DNA from: a virus
DNA: 64,000 nt
Virus record (IMG/VR): IMGVR_UViG_3300027518_000005
Strand: one strand, 5' to 3'
Position numbers and translations under genes: made by a program
Notes under the pieces: model-generated
Database searches by the model: none
What the model was told of the DNA's origin: nothing
Seen by the model: the letters and a program-made list of their open reading frames with translations, nothing else
Part shown: positions 46,311 to 53,700 of the stretch, piece by piece
How positions within the stretch are numbered: the stretch's first letter is position 1
Layout: every line of letters begins with the position of its first letter

Positions 46311-46322
46311 ATATTATACAAC
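46311..46322 (-). promoter_or_regulatory. GTTGTATAATAT motif before terL
   Basis: Intergenic copy of the same motif as at 8179 and in the 34563/34678 repeats. Confidence 0.55.
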
Positions 46323-46325
46323 TTT

Positions 46326-46997
46326 TTATTTAACTTTGAATAATCTAAGTTTAGTATGTGTATTACTTTCTTTAATATCAACAGGTAATGGTTCTCCATC
46401 TGGTCCCATTGGTATTCCTTCTGCTTTAACTTCTTTTTTATCTCTTGGGTTATAAATAAGTCTAACACCTTCTTTGATTGGTTTCTTTGATTCCATTACT
46501 GGTTTCTTACCTTCTTCTAAGTCACTCAAATCATATTCAGCAATTTCTTCTTCACTTAAACCTGCAGATTTTAAAAGCTCATGAATTTGTTCCCAAGGTG
46601 CACCGTAGTCGTGAAATAAAAAATCGACTAAATTAGCAACAGCTTTTACGTGTGCTAAAAGTTTTTCGTCTTCTTTTTCTTCTTTCATTGGTTTAACTTC
46701 TTTTTCCATTTCTTTTTCCATAATATTGTCTCCTTTTTTTGTTTCCTTACCTAATTTAGCCTCATCAATTGACACTTGTTCTTGATTTAATGCAGAAATA
46801 AGTGCTAGGAAGTCACTAGTTTGTTCTTCTGTGAAGTTTAAGTCATAGAGGCCGTTGTCTGTAATTATCTCTAAAACATCAGCCAGGTCTATTGAACCAT
46901 CTCCCCAGTCTAATATAACATCATCCATCTTAGCATTTTCAAGATAGATTTCTGCCAATTTTGTCAATTCTTCAATTATTTCATCTGTTTTTGACAT
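46326..46997 (-). CDS. Acidic hypothetical protein with an in-frame internal start at 46721
   Basis: 223 aa. Contains an internal GCTAAATTA, AGGAGA SD and ATG (MEKEM...). Confidence 0.55.
   Translation of the reverse strand: MSKTDEIIEELTKLAEIYLENAKMDDVILDWGDGSIDLADVLEIITDNGLYDLNFTEEQTSDFLALISALNQEQVSIDEAKLGKETKKGDNIMEKEMEKEVKPMKEEKEDEKLLAHVKAVANLVDFLFHDYGAPWEQIHELLKSAGLSEEEIAEYDLSDLEEGKKPVMESKKPIKEGVRLIYNPRDKKEVKAEGIPMGPDGEPLPVDIKESNTHTKLRLFKVK
46752..46760 (-). promoter_or_regulatory. GCTAAATTA motif inside 46326..46997, before the internal start
   Basis: Exact copy followed by an SD and an in-frame ATG. Confidence 0.55.
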
Positions 46998-46999
46998 AT

Positions 47000-48004
47000 T
47001 TAGTCTTCTTGTTCACCTTCAGGTTGTTCTTGAGCTTGAGGTTGGTCAGCAGCAGCTTGGTCTTGAACTTGAATGTTACCAATGTTTTGTTGGGCCCAGT
47101 TAACAAGGGTATCCACATCATTGAATACAACAAGGGCAAATTGTCCTGGACCACGTTGAGTCATTAAAGGACCACCTGCTCTGCCATTAAAGACAAACAG
47201 GGTAAACTTACCATCACCAAACTTAACAGCACTAAGGGTTTGACCACCTTCGTCTTTTAAGGTTCTAACAAACTCAGCATTACCAAATTGTCTTAAAGCA
47301 TCTTCTAAAGAGCTAGAAGTAAATTCCATAGCTTGTGGGTTAGTAACCGGTTCTAAGTTAAATGGAGGAGGAACTGGTGGACCTGCTGGTTCTTCGTCTT
47401 CTTGTTCTTCATCTTCTTCATATTTAGGATTATCTTGTGAAACGTCGGGTAATCCTTGAACTTTAGGAGCATCTTGAATAAATGGAATTTCTCTATCTTC
47501 CGGGTTAAATATAGTATGTTCACCACCTTCATCTATCATAACAGCAAACTTTTCATTAGAGCCTTTCTTTAGGAAGAAATAGAACTCATTACCATCTCTG
47601 GTATAAGAGTCCCAATACCTTCTACCATAAGTTTCATCACCGTCCATATTTTTACCAGTAATGCACCATTTGGTTCCTGCACCATACTTTTGGCATGCTT
47701 CAAAGTTCTTAATGGAATAAACAAGCCACTTATCATCTTGGAAAAGAATTTTAGCACCGTCTTGAATAAGCTTCTTTTCTTGTTCTTTAGATTCAATTTC
47801 TTCCTCTGTTTCTTCAATAACAGCTAATAATTCTTCTTTTTTACGTGGTTGTCTGGTAGAAGTCCAAAAAGTCATGTCATTCATAGGACTTTCCAGTCTT
47901 TCTTTAATTTTTAAAAAGCGATTGAATAGGTCTTCACCTGCCCAAGCTTTAAAACGGTCTCTATCTGCTCTAGCTTCAAGTATTCTTTTTGCGTTAGTTC
48001 TCAT
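47000..48004 (-). CDS. Putative head-internal protein with a YG.GT.WC domain
   Basis: 10-aa leader MRTNAKRILE|A. Paralog of the C-terminal module of 27995..29836. Confidence 0.7.
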   Translation of the reverse strand: MRTNAKRILEARADRDRFKAWAGEDLFNRFLKIKERLESPMNDMTFWTSTRQPRKKEELLAVIEETEEEIESKEQEKKLIQDGAKILFQDDKWLVYSIKNFEACQKYGAGTKWCITGKNMDGDETYGRRYWDSYTRDGNEFYFFLKKGSNEKFAVMIDEGGEHTIFNPEDREIPFIQDAPKVQGLPDVSQDNPKYEEDEEQEDEEPAGPPVPPPFNLEPVTNPQAMEFTSSSLEDALRQFGNAEFVRTLKDEGGQTLSAVKFGDGKFTLFVFNGRAGGPLMTQRGPGQFALVVFNDVDTLVNWAQQNIGNIQVQDQAAADQPQAQEQPEGEQED

Positions 48005-48024
48005 GTATTTTATGCTCCTCTATT

Positions 48025-48033
48025 TAATTTAGC
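48025..48033 (-). promoter_or_regulatory. GCTAAATTA motif (before 47000..48004)
   Basis: Exact intergenic copy. Confidence 0.7.
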
Positions 48034-48055
48034 CTTGTTATTTGGCTATAATTAG

Positions 48056-50224
48056 TTATTTTTTGCCTTTTTCTATAGCATCTTCTATTTCTGGAATACC
48101 TTCAGTAACAAAGGTGTCATTAAACACTTCCTTATCAAATCCACTAAATCCGTATCGAGGCTCTCTCATATGAAAACCTTCTATAAACTTTTCTTGAAAG
48201 GCATTGACTATGGCATTATGAAAAACACTAGTATGATACTCAAAAGAATAAAGAACATCATTTAAGTTACTTACAATAAAATCTTTAGATATTTTGATAA
48301 GAGCAAACCTTCCATGATTATCATCACCCCAAGTATAAGTTACCCCATTAGGCATGGCCCTATTGAATGAATACATAAAACTATCCATCGCATCTTTTTC
48401 TGAACCTGCTCTATAAGCATCTGAGGCAGCATATCTAAGTTCATTCTCTAATATATTTTCATACGGTGCATTTGGGTCATCCTCGTTTACTTTACCATCT
48501 ATTACATCTTTAATAAATTCTTTTGTTATTCCAAGCTTAGATAGCTGAAGAAGACTCTTTTCATCTAGTTGGGTTTCTAAACTATCTAAGTTTACATCAC
48601 CCATATTATAATCAAAAAAAGAAAATAGTTCATCATCAAAACAGGCTTTGATAAAATGTTCAGAAACATTCATGTTTTTCTCTCTTGGGAACACTAAATC
48701 AGAAGAATACATTTTATACTCAATTGGACCGTTTTTTTCTACATACTCATCATACTTATCTAAAAGTAATTTTTTAAGGTATTCTTTTCCTGCACTAGAA
48801 ATATCTCCTGAAGGGAAAGCATAGTTTGAAGTTAATAAATCTATTAGTTGAGAAATGTCTGTTGGGAGTAAAGAAGAATAAGTAGTAAAGAGCTCAGCCC
48901 CTAAATCTTCATAGGATATCTCTTCATTTTCTATTTGCCTTTTTATATCTTCTACAGAAGTGGCTTCTAATTCTGTTTCGTTTTCTTCTGTTAGTGATTT
49001 TGGTGAAACAAACTGCATTAAGAAATCCTCTTTAACCCAGTCAATTCTTTTATTACCTATCCATAACCCATAAAGATAGTCTGTTTCTTCTTTTGTCATA
49101 CCCTTTCCTGGTTTAAATACCCACTCTTTATCTATATTATCAACATACATATCAATGTCTTCATCAATATAACTTTCCATGTTTAAAAAATATTTTGACA
49201 TGTCTTTAAAAGCCTCAAGGCTTGCGGGTGTGTCATCATCTAAAATAGAAACCATAAGACCCTTAAGTCCTGGGGAGGCTACATAATCTTCACCCCTTTT
49301 TGTTAAGGATATATCGTGGGACTCTAAATCTATATCACTTTCTTTGTTCTCATTTAATGGTGCACCCATAATATTATAAACGAGCTCAGCAGTCACATAA
49401 TCCATGAGTGAATCTCCTACATAAAATGCATAAGAAAAATCATACCCATCTTGTCTGTTGAATAAATATTCATCCCTGTCATCTAACTTATGGTATTTTA
49501 TTGACCACTCTTTATCTAACTGATGCTTTAAATCTTCTATTTTAAAATCATCGAAGCCAGAATTAAAGCTATAAAAGTGCTTACTAAAGTCTGAACTTTT
49601 AGATAACATATCTATTATATCTTCTTTAAACTCTTTTGTCAACACATACTTATTCCCTTTAATTACAAAGTTTACTTTTGTGTCCAATAAGTCATTATTA
49701 GATTCTCTAAGACTTTCTAGCTCTGGTTTTATAGTTTCAAAGTAAGCCATAAACTCGTTGTCCAGCATGAATGTCTTTCTTCCAAACCAATAATCATACC
49801 AATCAATAAAATCACCTATTGAATCATACTTATCATTTTTACCAGGCTCAATAAAATAGGATAAAGGTTTTTTACCTATTTCGTCTGTATCTTCTAAGGT
49901 TTCTAGTTTAGGCATATGTGAAATGACTTTATTTCCTTTAAACTGATAAATACCATTAATACCTAAACCTATATTTTTAGTTTCATTTTCATTAACATAG
50001 ACATCAAAATCACTTTCTATTGTATAAACAACATTGTCAATTAAAACGACATCAAACCAATCACCTTGAATGTTTTCAAGTATTCTTTCCAACAATTCTT
50101 TATACCAATTAACGGGTTCTAAAAGCTCACTGTCATTATCTTCTTTTAGTTTTTTATTAACAGTAAAAGGTTTACCTTCCACCATTCTTTTAAGTGACCT
50201 GTTTATATTACGATAGTAATTCAT
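48056..50224 (-). CDS. Multi-module acidic putative head cargo polyprotein
   Basis: Boundaries LKE|D, LRE|S, LNE|N and LTE|E, each followed by an acidic tag. The first module is shared with 26176..27960. Confidence 0.7.
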   Translation of the reverse strand: MNYYRNINRSLKRMVEGKPFTVNKKLKEDNDSELLEPVNWYKELLERILENIQGDWFDVVLIDNVVYTIESDFDVYVNENETKNIGLGINGIYQFKGNKVISHMPKLETLEDTDEIGKKPLSYFIEPGKNDKYDSIGDFIDWYDYWFGRKTFMLDNEFMAYFETIKPELESLRESNNDLLDTKVNFVIKGNKYVLTKEFKEDIIDMLSKSSDFSKHFYSFNSGFDDFKIEDLKHQLDKEWSIKYHKLDDRDEYLFNRQDGYDFSYAFYVGDSLMDYVTAELVYNIMGAPLNENKESDIDLESHDISLTKRGEDYVASPGLKGLMVSILDDDTPASLEAFKDMSKYFLNMESYIDEDIDMYVDNIDKEWVFKPGKGMTKEETDYLYGLWIGNKRIDWVKEDFLMQFVSPKSLTEENETELEATSVEDIKRQIENEEISYEDLGAELFTTYSSLLPTDISQLIDLLTSNYAFPSGDISSAGKEYLKKLLLDKYDEYVEKNGPIEYKMYSSDLVFPREKNMNVSEHFIKACFDDELFSFFDYNMGDVNLDSLETQLDEKSLLQLSKLGITKEFIKDVIDGKVNEDDPNAPYENILENELRYAASDAYRAGSEKDAMDSFMYSFNRAMPNGVTYTWGDDNHGRFALIKISKDFIVSNLNDVLYSFEYHTSVFHNAIVNAFQEKFIEGFHMREPRYGFSGFDKEVFNDTFVTEGIPEIEDAIEKGKK

Positions 50225-50226
50225 TA

Positions 50227-50568
50227 TTATTTCTTCATTCCTTTAACAAAGGCTACTGTTTGGTCAATATATTCGGCAAGTTGTTCTGAGAATAAAGACA
50301 AGTCTATTCCTGCAACATTAGATTCGTGAACAAGCATTTCCATAACCATTTTCTTTTTTTCAGGTCCAGGCTTACCAGATGCTTCCGCAACTTTCATTGC
50401 CGCATCAGCCATGGCCATAACTGTTTTCCACTTTTCGTATATGTTTTTATTTTTGTTCTTTTCAATGGTGGCTTTAATTGCAAAAAAGGTGCTTACTGCT
50501 GTACTAAGAACACCGAGTAAACCTACCAAGAGTGACAGTACTTGTTCGGCTGTTGTTAACCATCCCAT
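50227..50568 (-). CDS. Putative holin (LL-H-like)
   Basis: N-terminal TM helix, then A..AM..AE....G.EKK..V...L...I...V pattern. Confidence 0.65.
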   Translation of the reverse strand: MGWLTTAEQVLSLLVGLLGVLSTAVSTFFAIKATIEKNKNKNIYEKWKTVMAMADAAMKVAEASGKPGPEKKKMVMEMLVHESNVAGIDLSLFSEQLAEYIDQTVAFVKGMKK

Positions 50569-50580
50569 GTTATTTTTCCT

Positions 50581-51105
50581 TTACTGAATGTCTGCTGTAT
50601 GCTTTTCTTGTGCTTCAATAACTTTTTTAACTGCTTTTTTTCTCGGTTTCTTTTCTGCTGGTAAAGATTCTGGCAAAGCAAGAATTGCTTGATATGTACT
50701 ATCCATAACACCGTTCTTACCTAAAAGATGGTATTGAGTATATAAATGTTCAAAGTCAGATTTAATTCTTCTTGGGCAAAATCCTTTAGCTAACCATTCG
50801 TCTGCCATCATAAACAAATCATAACGAAGACCTGCTTGGGTTCCTTTCTTAATCATTTCCAAATCTTTCTTCATTGGTTCTAATAATTCTTTAATGGTAT
50901 CTCTAATGTCTTGTTTTATCTCTTCTTTAGAGCGTTGTGATTCTAAAACTAAAAGTTTATCAGCCTGTTCTCTTCTTAATGTTTCTTCTCTTTCCACTCT
51001 AGAGAAGTGTTTAGAAAGACTTCTATTAATAAGTGTGGCAATAAAACTTGTAATTGCTGCACTACCCGCTATGGATAAAACTGTAACTAACCAACCTTCT
51101 AACAT
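50581..51105 (-). CDS. Membrane-anchored coiled-coil protein, lysis-module associated
   Basis: N-terminal TM, coiled coil, then G....LR..L....G.C......LY..YH.LG.NG........I..LP, a pattern seen beside holins in Bacillota phages. Confidence 0.6.
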   Translation of the reverse strand: MLEGWLVTVLSIAGSAAITSFIATLINRSLSKHFSRVEREETLRREQADKLLVLESQRSKEEIKQDIRDTIKELLEPMKKDLEMIKKGTQAGLRYDLFMMADEWLAKGFCPRRIKSDFEHLYTQYHLLGKNGVMDSTYQAILALPESLPAEKKPRKKAVKKVIEAQEKHTADIQ

Positions 51106-51164
51106 GTTTATCTCCTGTTTTTTCTTTAGTTTACATAGTAATAATATTGATATTATCTATCACT

Positions 51165-51173
51165 CAATTTAGC
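51165..51173 (-). promoter_or_regulatory. GCTAAATTG variant (before the holin-like genes)
   Basis: One-mismatch intergenic copy. Confidence 0.55.
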
Positions 51174-51202
51174 ACGTTCCTTTTAGTAGATTTTTAGTAT
51201 TC

Positions 51203-51231
51203 TTGAATTTCTAAAACATTTGTGTTATAAT
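51203..51231 (+). promoter_or_regulatory. Sigma70/SigA-type promoter for the only plus-strand gene
   Basis: TTGAAT (51203-51208), 17-bp spacer, TATAAT (51226-51231) with an extended TGn. Confidence 0.65.
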
Positions 51232-51253
51232 GAAACTACGGCCAATATTAAAG

Positions 51254-51262
51254 GCTAAATTA
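51254..51262 (+). promoter_or_regulatory. GCTAAATTA motif in plus orientation (before the SWIM gene)
   Basis: The orientation flips with the only plus-strand gene; it ends 5 nt before the ATG. Confidence 0.7.
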
Positions 51263-51267
51263 TATGT

Positions 51268-52143
51268 ATGGAGCACACACACAAACAAAAAGTGAAGATT
51301 TCCTTAGAGGAAGCTAATCGTCAACAATTACTGGCTAAGTCTAGAAAGGCTAAGAAATACTCTAAAAACAACCAAAGTAAGGGTGTTAATAGGTATGAAA
51401 GAAGACTTAAGTCATTAATCTCAGCTTCTGTTAAGGATTACAATATTATTGATATGGACCGTTTCTTTAAACGTGACATTCTATCTTTCAGCGTTCCTGT
51501 TAGGGGTGAAACTGATACCTACATGGTAAGCCTTGAGCTTCAAGGGGTATTAAAAGAGATTCAACGTCAAATTCGCTCTAATAAGGGCAAACTTGAGTTT
51601 AAGGTAGTCTTATCTAGCTTATCAGCTGTTTTGAACACTGGTGACGTTTATACAGGCTGTACTTGCCCAGATGCTAAGTATCGTCAAGCCTTCTGGCAAA
51701 CCCGTAACAACTATAAGGCTGGATATAAAGAATTAAGACCTAGTAATGATACTAACCCCAAGGATGAGCTTGGAGCAGGTTGTAAGCACGTTATGCTTGT
51801 CCTGGCTAACCTTAGCTGGATGTATAAGGTTTCTAGCGTAATCAATAACTATATCAAGTATAGCCGTGATAGACTTCAAAAGAACTATACAGACTATATC
51901 TTCCCCAAAGTCTTTGGTATGAAATATGATAAGGCTATTCAATTACAACTATTCTATTCTGATGAAGAAAGTGGTTTATTGCCTACTGACCAAGAGACAA
52001 TAAGCAAGGCTATTGAGCAGGGTTTGAAAGACAAAGATGCTGCTGGTAAGTTTGTTCCAGGCAACGCTATGAGATTTCAAAAACAAAACCCTTCGCAAGA
52101 AGACGAAGATATTAAAGAAGAAGAACTTAATAATAAGTTCTAA
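51268..52143 (+). CDS. SWIM zinc-finger protein
   Basis: YTGCTCPD...GAGCKHVMLVL gives the CxC...CxH SWIM motif. It is the only convincing plus-strand gene. Confidence 0.75.
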   Translation: MEHTHKQKVKISLEEANRQQLLAKSRKAKKYSKNNQSKGVNRYERRLKSLISASVKDYNIIDMDRFFKRDILSFSVPVRGETDTYMVSLELQGVLKEIQRQIRSNKGKLEFKVVLSSLSAVLNTGDVYTGCTCPDAKYRQAFWQTRNNYKAGYKELRPSNDTNPKDELGAGCKHVMLVLANLSWMYKVSSVINNYIKYSRDRLQKNYTDYIFPKVFGMKYDKAIQLQLFYSDEESGLLPTDQETISKAIEQGLKDKDAAGKFVPGNAMRFQKQNPSQEDEDIKEEELNNKF

Positions 52144-52524
52144 TTATTCAATAATAACAAATTTAGTGACGGGCAGGATAGTTGTAATCCTGTCTTTTTG
52201 TTCTACTTCAGAAGTAGCAGGAATAGGTTGATTAAGCTTAATAGAATAGTAATAATTACCTGGAAGTAGGTTTAATGTATCCATTGTTTCAAAAACAACG
52301 GTAATTGAACCATCACTGTTTGAATCGGCAGCAGTAAATACCTTCTTGATAATAGCATTCTCAAATGTTTGGTTTGGTTCTATAACACCTAAATAGAGCT
52401 TCTCATCCCCTGTAAGTGTATGGAAAATAGGATTCATACCCGTTCCAGTGTTAATAGTAAAGGTAAAGGTAAAGTAATCACCTCTATTGACTGTTATAAT
52501 GTTGTTTGGACTAATGTGTGCCAT
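52144..52524 (-). CDS. BppU-N-like tail/baseplate adaptor domain protein
   Basis: I.V.RGD...F.F.I ... V.F...DT..L.PG.Y.Y.IKL ... TILP...F.I pattern. Confidence 0.55.
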   Translation of the reverse strand: MAHISPNNIITVNRGDYFTFTFTINTGTGMNPIFHTLTGDEKLYLGVIEPNQTFENAIIKKVFTAADSNSDGSITVVFETMDTLNLLPGNYYYSIKLNQPIPATSEVEQKDRITTILPVTKFVIIE

Positions 52525-52535
52525 ATATTATTTCC

Positions 52536-53111
52536 TTATAATGCTTGTACTATATAGAAATCACCTTTGTATATGCTTGATATTGTTAACATACCGTTAA
52601 AACAAGAAAAATTTCCTGAATAAACTTCTATCGAATTACCACTTTCTGTAACTCTTGAACCGTGCACATAAAAATATACTTGCGTTCCTTCTGGGTCAAA
52701 CCTGTAACCAACAGTAAAACTAGAAAGACCTGATATGTTTTCTTGTGCTACTTCTTGTCTATTTAATGGGGGTGTACCATAGCCAGAACCAAAATTGGCC
52801 AGTGTAAAACTCATTGACCAGTCATCTAACGCTGATTCTTTAGGTATAAAGAATATAACAAAAGAGCCTTCAGATAAACCATCCTCACCAAACCCTTTTG
52901 GTAATCTTATATCAAACTCGTTTTCTTGGTCAAAAAGATAAGAAACAAAGTTAATATCATTTGCATTTGCTTTTATTAATTTAGGGAAAAGAATACCCGA
53001 AGGCAATTGTGCTTCTGGAAGTTTCCCATCTACAAGGTCAGCCTTACCAGAAATATCTGTTTCAACTGAGTATTGAACACCGTCTACTGTAATTGTTTTA
53101 ATTTGTGGCAT
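52536..53111 (-). CDS. Tail-fibre-associated protein
   Basis: GKADLVDGKLP.AQLP is a fibre-type N-terminal motif. The gene has its own promoter motif and a GAGGAG SD. Confidence 0.5.
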   Translation of the reverse strand: MPQIKTITVDGVQYSVETDISGKADLVDGKLPEAQLPSGILFPKLIKANANDINFVSYLFDQENEFDIRLPKGFGEDGLSEGSFVIFFIPKESALDDWSMSFTLANFGSGYGTPPLNRQEVAQENISGLSSFTVGYRFDPEGTQVYFYVHGSRVTESGNSIEVYSGNFSCFNGMLTISSIYKGDFYIVQAL

Positions 53112-53129
53112 ATTATAGGTCTCCTCTAC

Positions 53130-53138
53130 TAATTTAGC
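53130..53138 (-). promoter_or_regulatory. GCTAAATTA motif (before 52536..53111)
   Basis: Exact intergenic copy. Confidence 0.7.
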
Positions 53139-53159
53139 TGATTATATTGAGTAATAACT

Positions 53160-53453
53160 TTAAACTGCTATCCAATAAGTAACACCACAAGAAACCAACT
53201 CTTCAGTAAAAGTATTTACTCTTATTCTATATCCAGGTGAGTAATTTGAGGGTGGGTACTCTGTTGTTAACCAAGCATCTATTCCAAATTCAGAGGGACA
53301 TGAAGTTCCAGTTTCAACAAAAGTAACAGTTTGATTAAAAGTTGTCCCTACTGCCACTTGCCAGTCACTTGCAGTAGTATTATCTCTAAATTTAACAGTA
53401 GAAACATCATTAAGTTTAATAGTGGTTGTCCCTAGCAATTTTGATGTAGCCAT
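53160..53453 (-). CDS. Small hypothetical protein downstream of the fibre genes
   Basis: 97 aa, beta-rich, in the operon. Confidence 0.45.
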   Translation of the reverse strand: MATSKLLGTTTIKLNDVSTVKFRDNTTASDWQVAVGTTFNQTVTFVETGTSCPSEFGIDAWLTTEYPPSNYSPGYRIRVNTFTEELVSCGVTYWIAV

Positions 53454-53457
53454 ATCT

Positions 53458-53685
53458 TTAACCTTCTGAACTTTCTGACGATTCAGTTAAACTTTCTTTT
53501 TCAATATACATATAAACACCGTTAACTTTTGTAAAGTCTGATAACTTATAAATCCAAGGTGTGTCTGTATCTGGTACTTCGACTTCTTGATAACCTTCCA
53601 CATTTAACATATATTCAACAGTTTCAATCGCTGTTAATTCTTTATCTTCTGTTACTAAGTCATTATCTTTTATAAATATAATCAT
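53458..53685 (-). CDS. Small acidic protein, possible fibre assembly chaperone
   Basis: 75 aa immediately after the fibre gene, AAGGAG SD. Confidence 0.45.
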   Translation of the reverse strand: MIIFIKDNDLVTEDKELTAIETVEYMLNVEGYQEVEVPDTDTPWIYKLSDFTKVNGVYMYIEKESLTESSESSEG

Positions 53686-53700
53686 AGTTTATCTCCTTCC

